NCBI RefSeq assembly: GCF_000150275.1
Contig: NW_002060945.1
Location: 5,918,991-5,982,990 of the forward strand
Source of the DNA: Trichoplax adhaerens
Taxonomy: Eukaryota; Animalia; Placozoa
DNA length: 64,000 nt
Reading direction: 5' to 3'
A program made the translations under genes and the position numbers. The notes under the pieces were generated by a model. The model was not told the DNA's origin and searched no databases. It saw only the letters and a list, made by a program, of their open reading frames with translations. The first letter of the stretch is position 1; each line of letters starts with the position of its first letter. Below, piece after piece: positions 25,795 through 38,639 of the stretch.

Positions 25795-28700
25795 ATGGTA
25801 AGTTGAAATGGTAATAAGTTAGATAACTCACTCAATAGGAGTAGAAGGGAAAAGATCCAACTTCATATTTTTTATTTAATTATGATACTACGATAGATAG
25901 ATTAATCTTGAACCACAGTCTTGAGAGGATGGTTAAAATGAAGAATAGGGTGAAATTTTAACCGTAACCCTGTTGAAATTAAAGCATCAAAATTCGTTGA
26001 ATAAGCAATAGAGTACTTTGTATTCAATCTTTACTTTACTAACTAGAGTAGTGATTTCCGATGTGATCCATTTTAAGCATGCTATCAAACATCACGATAG
26101 AAATAAACCTAAAATGATACAAATAAGGCAATACTAGTAGCGATATACGATCAAATTTTCAATATGAAACGATAAATGACATAAAAGTCCATCAAACATG
26201 AAATTTCTTTCAATTCCCCTGGTGATAAGTTGCAGTTTTAAGAAGGAATTTGTACAGTAATACAGTCGATATCGATTGAGTAATCTGTGTTAACAGTTCC
26301 TTGAATAATTATAGTTTGCTCGAATCTAATTTACATGGGTTGTATATCATGAATTAGATAAATTTATCATGATTAAAAGCAAATCTTATCAATGGCTATT
26401 TCCGTCTAGGCTGACTACGACAGCGATGGAAGTGTCCTAACAACGCCTGGTCGCAGAGCAGAATTTGTCATTAGTTACCAATTCGCTCTGCTTGCTTTCA
26501 CAACATTTATTGGGCAAATTTCGCATTTTCCTTATGCCATGTACGCTAATGGCGGAGGTAAGGATAGTAACAGCTTGAGATAACTTATTGAACGATAGCC
26601 ATTATTAAACAGTGTTGTATCTTTGTATTTGCATATGTTTAGAAAAGTACATCGATCACATTCTCTGTCTCGGCCAATTACTACTGCAAAACAATCAGTG
26701 ATAGACTATGTACAAAGTACATTAAAAGAAATTGATTACTTAGAAACAAGTTTAAGAGTACATCAAAGTAATGAATGTTACATGATATCAATCCATCTAG
26801 TTGAAATAATCAGTTCATATTGTAGGAGTATAGATTATCTTTCATGGTACAACACAATCAAGATTTTAAAAATGATTCAGTTTAGGGTTCTATCAAGACG
26901 ATCTAAGTTAATTCTTAACGATATCGTCAATTACTGTCAATATGAATTACTCTTTATGACTGATAGCGTCGATGATTTCTATCTTATTATAGCCTATATC
27001 CATTTTACTATCGAGAAGTCGTTTATAAATTTAAAAGCAAATCATCGTTATTAAACACCGGAATTTTTTTATCTTTTTGGTATGGTAGGAGCATTTTTGA
27101 TCCCGTATTTTATAGCAATCTTTGTCGTTGTTTTGCCCGGAACTTATTTAGAAATGGTTATTGGCCATTTAACCGAACGAGGCCCAATTCGTGCTTGGAG
27201 TAAGCTTTCGTCGGCCTTTAAAGGTAATTTTCCTATAACGATCCCTTATCGATATAAAACTAGGTGGTATAGAGATTGATTTGAGCCATACTTGTATAAC
27301 AAACAAATCTGACAGCCATGTTAACATACGTATTTGGTTTAAACCAAGTTTACGCTCTTGCACATCAATACAATCGTAGATGAAGAAATTTTATTTTCAT
27401 TGACAAAGCTTACTGATTGATTTTCTAAGGGTTTATTTTTGATTAAGGATCAAGTAACATTTCTATACGATATCGACTTGATTTTATTCCATAACTTTAG
27501 TTTTACTTTTTCAATATGATCGAACAGAATAATAGTTGAATATGATACTTTTAGTAAAAGAATTTGTTAATTGAATTAAGACTTAATCCTGTCTGCTAGT
27601 TCAAGTACACTTTTAGTGATAATTATGGAATCTCCTTTAATCTAACAATTTCCCTAATGATCTTGAGAGGTTATTCGTTGATCATTTTACAGGAATTAGC
27701 CGTTAATTCGATTAAGGAGAACTCTAGTTTCTTCCCTGGTGTTACATAGTCGAGTCTTTCTTTAACAATGTAACAATTTACGTCATAGCTTTGACGACTT
27801 TATTTATTAAATTGATGAAGATTTTGATCTTTTTGCTCGATCCTGCTCCATTCACAGTATTGTAAGGTTGAATATCTTAGTAATTTGATGATTTTGATTA
27901 CTATTTGATGTACTATTTTCAACATTGTAGAATCAGTTATTTCAACAGTTTGATGATTTCATCGTTAGTAAGATAAACTGATCGGTTAAATCCACATTTA
28001 TATCCGTTAAGAATATAGTTCTAGAAAAACTAGAGGTTATTTTATCGTTTCGATTTCTATTTTGTAGTAATTCTTTGCTTACTACCGAGCAAGAAGATAT
28101 TCTATGGGATTTAGCCGTGATCATATTTTTAGTGAGCTATTTCTTAAAGTCAGTAGTATATTTTCGACTCATACGACAAATCGTTCATGAGCTGCTATCC
28201 ATTCGGTTTATTGGCAAATAACTGCAATACTAATTAAATATGACTGAATTTAGCATATAGGGAAATGAAATGCACAGCCTATCCATTCTAATTAAAATCT
28301 CAATTATAATCCTTACTATTATTTATTGTATAAGATCAACTGCTTGAATTGAATTATTTAAGGAAACATGACTCCTTCTTAACCTAGGCCCCTTTAATAG
28401 TTGATATTCATAACTTCTTGGCTAGTCGATAGATTTCATCAAAATATCATTGAACTATTTATTCTAAGAATGCAGTAACAGTTTTAACCATATAAAACTG
28501 ATCAGTATCGACTTGTAACGCACTAAAATAAGGGCTATAGATTTCTAGTCATTGAGAGTATTCTGCCATTATTTTTACTACTGTCGTTCTACTGAATAAA
28601 TCTCGAGCTTCAGCACCGTCTATAATTCTTCTTGCTATGACAGAAGATACATTAGTTTGTTTTTAATATTTCTCTCCTCAAGACATAATTTATACTACAA

Positions 28701-31700
28701 GTTATAATGTTAAGAACTTTGAATTTTACTCCTTTATAATTCTTATGATCATCCTTTTATATTATCATCTACAATGTAATATTGTAATTGGTTTTTCTTG
28801 TTCTGCTATTGGTGGCTTCGTTTTCACTTAGGATTGCTTATTTCCGTGAAAATTTTTATCTTTGTGCCCAGTTGTATTTTTTATTCCTCAAAGATTTCTA
28901 TAGTTTTATTTGTCTTTAGCTATCAGTGAAGATCAATTCCTACAGTCATTGTTCCCGATAGAGTATAACATACGAATAGGGTAACAATGTAATTAAACGT
29001 ATCCTATCTGCGATTTGAATAATGAAGTAATAACTTCATACGTGATTAAATATTGAAATTACAATGTATCCAATGAAGAAATTTTATCTGTTTACACACC
29101 ATTGTCAAATAACTACGAAGTAGCTCATTTAATAACTAGATTATATTTTCACAAGCTAATAAAATAGCTACAGCATAGAGTACTTAGACTATTTATTCAA
29201 TCGTAGTATACGTTAACTTTTGATTTTACTTCTAACCATACATTATTGAAATTCATACTAGTAAACAATACAAGGACTCCTTAATTAGTCGTTATTTTAA
29301 AATTTTTCATTATAATATTTTATAAAAACATTTTTGTATTGAGAACAAATGTCGATTTTAAAATCATGATAAATCATTAGTGATATAATACTGATGAATT
29401 GATATTTCAATTTGTTTTAGATTTAAATTAATAAGTTACAATGCATTTCTTCTTTATTTAAGTTCATTAAAGACTTATAAGAAAGTAAATTAATTTACTA
29501 TTATTACTGTCTATCTTCTAACAGGTCTAGGATATGGTAAAGTTTTAATGTTATTCTTCAGTTTGGTCTATACTGTTCCTTCCATGGGCTATGCATTTCA
29601 TTACCTTTTCTTTGGATTAAGCGCGAATAATAATACTTTTACGTGGAATACATGTACAAATTCGTGGAATACCTATAGATGTGTCGTGAATGCTACTTCG
29701 CTATCTACCATGGCAATTAGTAAAAATATCATTAATCTTCCAACGTTAAAAAATGGAATTTGCGTTGAATCTCAGCAAATCGCCACTACACCAGAAATTG
29801 AATATTTCTTGTTAGTATATCAGCAAATTATAATCTTTTGTGGCCCTTACAGCTAAATTTTTACTTCTAACAATCTTAAGCGTAATTTTTCTGAGAGCCT
29901 TAAGATGTTACTACAATGCATATAATATCATTAAAGTTAGAAATAGATTAGTTCATTTCTATCATGCTAATTTAAATATGCGGTAATTAGAATTATGAAT
30001 ATCCAATTACTTTATTTTATTGCATACGATACTATCAATCCATTATCATGATAACTTCTAGTCAACAAATATTCCTAATATCATAATAATTATTCTTCTG
30101 ACTATCCATGCTCAATAGTTGTATCGAAGGTTTGCGTAAGGGTTTTAACTTTGCATACTTTTATTGATTCAAACTCCTTGTTAGATATCGTGTTCTTGCC
30201 TATATTCCATCGGGAATTGGTAGTCTTCAACCAGAACTATTAGCTGCTTCTGCGGCAGCATGGGGCTCAACTTGGCTATTTATTTGTATCGGATTTCACT
30301 TTTATCGCAGGGTATAAAAGCTGTACAGTTTCTATTAATACTTTTAATCGTTCCATCACTTTATGTACTTTTTCCTGAATATTTATCTTATAAAGAATTT
30401 TACGATTACAATCACCTGAAAAAATTTTTCATTGATTATCTATATAACAACTACTATCGAATAACGGATGATTGCTTCATATTTTCCCTCTGTTATAGGC
30501 CGCTTACATTATTATCCTAGGAGTGATAGGATTAATTTTATCACTGCTAATTTTTGCCTTACAATTAAATGGCGCCAGCACCGGCTTTCAATTTTTAGTT
30601 GCGGCTAATTTTAATGCTCTTCTTCTAGCAAAGACGTGGTGGACTGCTATGGCGGAAGCGGTTCAAACTTACTTTGTTGCTTCTGGTTGCTTAATCTACT
30701 TCGGAAGTCGCAATAAAGCTGATACGAATACTTTTTGGTAAATATTATACTCTAGTAGTTAGAATTTTACTAGCAATTAAATCTCTAAATTTGATATAAA
30801 ATGCTATGATCAAGTGTAAGATAAATTGGCTATTTCAAAATAGCTCTACAGATCATTTTAAAGACTGCTCTATAGTTTACAATCTAAGGATAAAGACCAC
30901 GTAATAGCTATCAATATCGAGTAATTGCGATCTGATCTTTAAACATAATTGAATGACTTTCTTACAGGAATGCGCTAGTTGCAGTTATTTTTTCTCCATT
31001 AGTTAGTATTGCCTGTGCTTTTATGGTATATGGCTATCTTGGTGAAATAGCAAATCGAGTACAAGTATCAGTGAACTCTTTAACAAGTCAAGGTAAGCCA
31101 GTCTTAAACGATAAATTTTATTCGCATTCGCATCTAGTCTCTAAAGTTATCGACATCAGTATCATGATCTAAGTAGAGTCATAATAACTGTATACAGGGA
31201 CTTAAAATAACATTTTTAATATATTGTTGCATAATACTGTGTATTATTAAATAAATATTTACTATAGCTTACAGTCTGATTAGCTTCCTTAATGCACAAA
31301 TTTAAATAAATTTTGTTGCTACAAGTAAAAATTAGTGCTTTATAACTGCATTAAGTTACGTTACTTCTAAATTCTAAAGGTCCACTGCTGTTGTATTCAA
31401 TATTTCCGATGCTAACAAGAACTGTGAACTTCACAACTGCTAAAATTATACTAATAATCTTCTATGTCCTCATTATCCTGCTTGGATCTTCATCAACGGT
31501 AACAACAATTTTTTACTGTCAAAAAGTGGATTATATTCTTTAAATTTTCGGATCCTCATAATAATTGCATATTTTGGATACATTTGTCACATCCTTGAAT
31601 TTTTTACTGCATTTCAGGCCATTTTGCTTGAAACTGCAACATCAGCTGTGGTTGAAGATTTGCCGTCCAGCTGTCGTCGATTTCAATGGCTATTTCGGTT

Positions 31701-33220
31701 GATTTTTTCGTCAGCATTATTTGCCATTGGGATACTTATTACTACTTCGGTACGAAGACTAATCTGGCCTTGAATATTTAATTTTTATTAACGATTTTTT
31801 AATATATCTCATAATTTGCTAAAAATGTACCAGTAGGAGTAGTTACTAATCATTTTCAAAGAATTAATATATTCGAATAACAATTTATTCATCTAGGGAG
31901 GCTATAATCTTCTAATCAATATGACCTTTACAAGCTTTCTTGTTCAAAGTTTTTTGGGAACATTTCAATTTTTTGCCTTACTCTTTGTATTTGGTAAGTG
32001 ATACCGAGTTAAGCTCTCCTACACTTCAACAATACGAATATTCGTTATGATAATGTTTAGATTAGATTATTGCTTATTGCAAGTTGGATTTCATGATATT
32101 TAATTGTGAATGTAATTTAACAATCATTCTTAACTTATTTTTCAGCTCGTTGTATCGCTCGTCGAAGTTGGTCAGCGGTATTACTTTCTAAGCATTCATT
32201 GCTGATCCTATGGCTGGTCCTAACTTCAATAGTCCTAGCTGCATTTATAGTAAGCTTAAAATGAAATAATGTAACCACTTGTAAAGATGTGACTCCATTT
32301 ATTTCAGAACTTGCAAATTTAGAGCATGTTTAAGGGCAGCTTAACTATCCTATTCTCTTTAAGTATAGTTTAATGCCCTTTTCGTTAATAGCAATCACTG
32401 ATAGAAAATAACCGTGTCTATCATGGAATTTAGCAAGAATGTAAAAATATATAGTGATTACGATTCCTTAGTACGGCCATAGCTACAGTAGTGTTGTCTA
32501 AATGTTTACGTAATCACTATTTTGTGGTTACTAATAGTCCAAATATAATATTTACGTTATTGTAGGCCCAGTTAAGTACTGTAAAACAAACATATAAAAT
32601 TTCTGTATTTTCAACACACATAATGGATTCTAGCAAGATATCAAGATGACTATATGTCTACAACCCTGAAATATACCATAGAATATTTTCTATTGCGAGT
32701 ATTGTACCTGTATACAATAGATAGTTGAGGAGTCTGCTTTAAATTTAATTTTGATTTAATCGCGATATAGTCCAAACTTCGGACAGTACCTATCCGAAGC
32801 AAATACGTATAAATCAGTTAATTACAATATAAATGAAAGCGATTGCTTAGACATGAGATGTTAAATATTTATTATGAGTTAATCTGCAGACACAATTATA
32901 TAGGAGGTAATGGAGGAATAGTGCGGCATCTTATTTGTCTTTTATGTTCTTAATATTAGGCTCATTTAACCTATTACATCATGAATCTGCTAGTAACAAC
33001 TGGGCAGTCACTCTTGTGTATAGTGTTACCTTGGTCTTTCTTTATTGGCACTATTGCTATCCTTCTTGTAGTAGCGGTCTTTGAAATTTACCGTCATCGT
33101 GATTTCATAACACAGCCTTTCACACCAACCGATGATTTACATTTTGAAGTTGGATTTTATTCTGGTAAAACAGCGCCAACATTTTATTCCGTAAATGACA
33201 CCAGAGAACAACTGGTTTAA
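25795..33220 (+). CDS. Divergent SLC6/NSS-fold transporter, paralog B, 12 coding exons, 591 aa
   Basis: Exons 25795-25797 (ATG only), 26410-26557, 27089-27223, 29525-29810, 30185-30311, 30499-30737, 30968-31092, 31380-31498, 31618-31749, 31897-31993, 32146-32249, 32960-33220; total 1776 nt, open. FPY..YANGGGAFLIPY..LPG.YLEM.IG, WNTCTNSWNT..C, TPEIEYF, YFGSRNK, VYGYLG. Same intron phases as paralog A. Confidence 0.9.
27260..28960 (-). pseudogene. Decayed antisense ORF relic in intron 3 of SLC6 paralog B (identity unknown)
   Basis: Minus strand is A-rich with long frames broken by sparse stops, e.g. IIKLLRYSTLQYCEWSRIEQKDQNLHQFNK*SRQSYDVNCYIVKERLDYVTPGKKLEFSLIELTANSCKMINE*PLKIIREIVRLKEIP and KQTNVSSVIARRIIDGAEARDLFSRTTVVKIMAEYSQ. 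Confidence 0.35.
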
Positions 33221-33765
33221 TCGTCAAAGATATATTATAATATGAAAGTGGTAATACTTTACTCCATCCAGTATAATATGATTTAGCAATGTCAGCATTT
33301 ACTCTCTCATATCTGATACAAGAATAACGACTATGAATATCTCGCGTATATGTTTAAAAAATGGCTTAAACTTGATGACTCCTACAATGGTGTATCCAGC
33401 TTCCATTTCGCTTTTTCGAGTTGAAATCGGCGTACCGTAGCGCTCTATTTTAATAACTACAACAAATTTTTGTACGGCATTGTTATATTATTCAATGAAT
33501 GTCATCAGAAATGGTCAGTGTCGTTTATTTTGTCACCAATCCATAAGCCGCGCTTTAGTTGGCGTAATTGGATTTTCCTTATACTTAGTTTTAATGATAT
33601 TTCATGATTATTGTAATAAGCAAGATTCATTAATCCAAGATAAGGATACTGTAATACACTTCTACCCCAAATTGAATTTAATAAGCCAGCTCCAATTTAC
33701 TAAACACAATTGATTTTATTATGTAAATACATTTATTAGCTATTCTCTTTCCTCCACCGACATAT

Positions 33766-33790
33766 CTATATATATATATATATTTATATA
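33766..33790. repeat. (TA)n microsatellite
   Basis: tatatatatatatatatttatata run. Confidence 0.7.
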
Positions 33791-36177
33791 GTCATTACGC
33801 GTATTGCAAATATATAACGGCATAAATCTTAGTATATGCAGCTAAATCGCAAGAATGATAACACTCTACAGTTAACTCCATAATCAAGCAGCCAATTTAC
33901 AAAAAGCTGGAAGATGACGACGTCATTTTGCTTAAGCTTAACATTGGGTTTTACAGATATTCTTTAAGCTGGCTGGTGATTTAACGTTCTGATATGAAAT
34001 TTGGTGATAATGGACAAATCCAAAACTTATCCTTTATGTAACCTTTTATGGCTATAGTAAAATGGTATAGAAATGTAAAATTTGTAATAGGAATAGATCT
34101 TTGTAAGTTATAGCTAATAATTCGTCTCAATTACCGAAAAATTCTTTTCTCTAATATTATGCTTAGCAAACTATTCTCAAAGATGGAAAATATTTAGTAT
34201 CATACCTTGATATCATTGGCTATTATAGACCTTATCTTATTCACCCAGCGGGTTATCTATCATCATTTGAAGCTGAGTTATGATCATATGTACACATAAC
34301 GATAAGAATTGAATTCCTTTCATGCAATTGGTGTAATATGTCAATAATAATACTACTAATAAAAAGTCTTTCAAATTTATATCTAGTTATAACCATTGCT
34401 TTCTTTGTCATTTTCTTTGAAAAAAATGACGTATTTTACAAATATTATAGAAATGGATAGAAACTTTGCCTCATAAAGTATCTTTAGACAGATCTTAGAC
34501 GCGCGATACTATTTCAGTTGTAATTGACAGGTCTTGTCTATTTTAAGTGAGGTATTATAAATTTGTAATGTACTTCTTGAAAGATGAAATACCAATTTTG
34601 GTAAAGTATCAGGAATGCTATATTTCGTAGGAAATTGTGATTAAATATGATCTATAACTAAGACCTTAGAATCTTACCCAAAGTATATAAGAGAAAAACT
34701 CCCATTACAGAATTTTCAGCAAATTTTCTACGTTAGTGTACTTTAGATTGGCTACAGTACATGACTCCATGATGAAATTTAATATTTCAATGTTTTTACT
34801 TGACTATACCCGGAGTAAATATTTCTGTAACGGTAACTAATTTTCCATTGCATTAATCTTTAATTTGAAAATTTTAGTGTTGAATGCCTTTTAGTAAATA
34901 ATTATATAACTGACATGCGCGTATATCCATATTGAGTTATACAGTAGCATTAGTATCCATAGGTAACTCTTACGTACACATTTATTAACTTCAACGCATA
35001 AAACTGAAACATGCAGCATAAGTAGATAGAGTATTGCTAAGCTGTGCTTCGTATTCAGGTAGTTCTTTTACGCTCTGCTAATTAGTGTACAATGTTAATA
35101 AACACGTGTATAAATGGATGCTGTATTTAACCAAGGATTTTAATTAGTAATTATTAATTGCTAATCGAGTTTAGGACTACTGGTATCTAGATTGCTAGAT
35201 AACAAAGCACTGATTGTACTCTGTTATATAATTTAGTAGAGCTAGTCCCTTAACCTTCAGCTTACAAGAAAGTACTCGGCCAGATACTAATAAAAGTAAT
35301 AGCTATACATTTTCCATTCAGAATAGTCTTATATTTTTGCGCTACTGATTAGTCTTTCATGTTAGCTCTCAATCGTTGGAGCGTTTAGGTAATCTATGAG
35401 ATTTGCGTAGCCCGCTCACGAAAGTTGCTTTATGATATGTACATAGTAAGATTGCAATTCGTGATTTAATCTGAAATTATTATGACCTTTATACATGCTT
35501 AATCGTGACCGCCATGGTATTAATTCTAAAGTAAAATATAAATTCTAAGATCCGTACAGATATGTAGCGAATCCTACCTAACATCAGCTTACTCACAATC
35601 TGATTTAAGTCAAAAGATGAATATTCGTAGCAACATTATTGCGATATAGTCCACCATATATGAGAATATCGAAATCAGGACTGACTGGTTAATTTTCTAC
35701 TAAATCTGCTCTAGAAATTTTATTGGAAAATTTTGTCCATTTTTTATGTGCGTTACATACTGTACCAGTGTTATTGTTGAACCATTTGAATACGGTATCG
35801 AAAAATAATAGATTTAATGTTTTTCGTATGTTATGGGATACTTTTATACACTGTAGAATAGGAAGTTAATACATAAATTTATTTTAAAGAGTTTACTTCA
35901 CTGCCTGTTGCAATGTACTGTGAAATTTATTGGAGAATACGGTAAACCATTCAATACTGGCATATACTATAGACATTTATAGTCTAGGAAAATAGTACAG
36001 TGTTAATTTATGAAATAAAAATCTATTAACTTCTTCTTATTAACTCGTATGACTCGTTAATTACAGGGAAAGCTTAGATATCATTGAATATGCACGAGTA
36101 ACTCAACGTAGATCATCTTAGTTGAAGTAACTAATTTTAAGGCTGAAACTTGCAGGAGAGAAATAATGGAATGTAGA

Positions 36178-36633
36178 TGTAGTGATTTTAGCTAATTATA
36201 GTAGTTTTGTGTAGGCAATACACAGTGATAGTATGTAGTATAGAACCGTATGTCTTAATAAAGTATGTGTTATATAAGGTCGTTGCAGATAGCTATATTA
36301 AGTAATGTTATTAAGCAATGTGCCGATGTGATTGATGACTCCTATGTAGAGAAGCAATTGATGATAATTTGTATAAGTTGTATAAAATTGTTATCGTAGA
36401 GGCTAAATCGATTATCCGGTTTATCTTAGCCATTTTCGACTATTATTATGAGGGGAAGAAATTGGAATTTCTTCTCCGACGGACGATACGCGGACGTTAA
36501 TAAACTTAGCTGTTGTAGGTCAATTATACGGTGTTGACTATTTTGTGTCATATTAGGGATTTGCTCGATTTTAACGACTCTGAATTTTGAGTTGACGGAT
36601 TACGAACCTAGGACTAACAACCCGTACACTACA
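36178..36633 (+). mobile_element. Solo LTR (456 bp), about 2 kb upstream of the SLC6 paralog C start codon
   Basis: Perfect 7-bp inverted termini TGTAGTG...CACTACA and perfect 5-bp TSD GTAGA (36173-36177 and 36634-36638). TATATAA near 36271 and AATAAA near 36499. Confidence 0.88.
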
Positions 36634-38639
36634 GTAGAAAGAAAAATGGCTTTATCTCTTATCGATAATTTAATAAATATGAATACATCCCAAAAAGCAA
36701 CCTGTTTAAAAATAAGATTAGAAAGAATTGTTATATCCCTTGAGAATAGAAATTATTCTTTTTCTACTCCAATTTCCTTAAATTTTTATTGATCAGCAAT
36801 ACTAAAATTTCTTAGCTATTCTTAAGGTTTATTAGAATAGGTCATTTATGAGTACTTTCTATCCTTTCTTTGAATAATGGTGTTCCCTCCGAGTTGCCAG
36901 AATATCCGACTTCCTCAATAAGAAAGCTCACAATAATTTATGACATTAACATTATTTGTTTTAGCTCAATTTATTCTTTAGTCATAAATATTTTAACTGA
37001 TCCACCTTGAATTTATTAACTACTATCCCAGTAAATTAAAAGTAGAGAGGGCGTGGATGATGGCCTTTGATAATCGCGTGCACTAGATGTTACAGAATTT
37101 ATCGCTGGTTGGTGGGTGTTATAATTTTTTAAATGTGATATCGTGACCGAATTAAAAATATCAATAAATAGAAGCTCTCTCTAAATCAAGATAAATCCCT
37201 GTAGCAGTATTTTACTATGGATGAGTAATTTCAAGTATTAGTACATTTATACGTATATGAATCAGATCATATTAGCTTGTAAAAGTAAAGAATCTTTATC
37301 TAAGCCTACAAGACAGGGATGATCACTTATAAGCCGAAAAAAGTCAATTACCCTCTGATCAAATTTAATCCAATAACGATCAATAAATTCAATGTACTGC
37401 ACTAGCTTTATATCCATACAACTGCAGTGGATGTTTTATAAAATATATTAAGAGTTATACGCCACTTTTGAATAATAGCTATCACAGGAAGTTCATATGG
37501 GCAAATAAAAATGATCAACTAGTCTTTATGATGCGAGCTCGATATTGTAATTCTATCATTTCCGCTTACAATCTAGATTACTATACAGCACCTAAATTAA
37601 GGGGAGGAATAAGATGAAAAGGATTGAATATCTAATTATTAAACTTAGTAACTCAATCATAGTTGAAATCTAGTAAAATTTTTGAGCTATTTACAAGTTT
37701 TGGTAGCTAAAACATGGATTTTAGATATAGTTACTAGAATAACAACGTACACGGCATAGCTGTACATGAAAACGAGAAGGATTTTACTGCTTAACCAATA
37801 ACCTGATCAGTGAAAGGTCATCATTGAGGCAATTAATAGACAAAATTATGGATAATAAATTTTTAGCCGTTGCTAATCAATAATTAGAATTTAATTTATT
37901 TTCATACAATCCATGGTTGATAAAATAGTGTTGGTTCGATTTTAGATCTTATTAATCGGTCTTAGAAAATTGACGATTAAACATTCTAACTCCTCCTGAT
38001 TCAGTTATAACCGCATCGTGTCGCTCATAAGTTGTATATTTTCATTCCAGATTAAATCAACATAATCAAGTAAATTTAGCGGTCATACTATCAAGCAAAT
38101 GAAGGAGGTTATGATAAGGGAATCTTAATGGTGATATAAATTGCTATTCAATTAAAATTAAATTCCTTAAACCAGCCTAGCATGAAATCTCTTCATGATA
38201 ATTTATTTTTACCTAAAATAGTTAAAAACTATTGGCAAGGTAATATATCAATGATCATTTAGCTCTNAATCAACAATATCATACCAGGTTACACCCAAGT
38301 ATCTATCTAAACTATCTTATTATGATTGTGCCTTATTGATCAATTTGGAATTGATATTGTCACCTAATTACGTCAGCCATTTTAATGAAGTACACGCCTA
38401 AGCCTATTTAATGTACCTGTATGTCTATCTATTCTCTTAACATTCCATAGGAGAATTAGACAACTAGTGAGTCATTGATTTAATTGATATCTATTCCTTT
38501 TCAACGCCTACGTTACTTTAATCTTCCTTAGTCATTGATATTCCAACGTGTACCATCTGAGAGAGTACTTCAAAATTTTTTTGTTCCTTCAATTATCTGA
38601 ATCTGACGTTACTTACTCTGTTGGAGCTTAGACTTTAAA

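Noticed and set aside
26623-27054. 143-aa + strand ORF inside intron 2 of SLC6 paralog B
   Set aside because: Starts at TTG and is separated from exon 2 by an in-frame TAA (26581). It has no recognisable motif and A and C have no counterpart. One such ORF is plausible by chance in 64 kb.
30260-30520. 86-aa + strand ORF
   Set aside because: Out-of-frame overlap of paralog B exon 5 and the following intron.
36592-36792. 66-aa ORF
   Set aside because: Spans the LTR end and flank, starts at TTG, and shows no gag/pol similarity; the TSD shows the LTR is solo.
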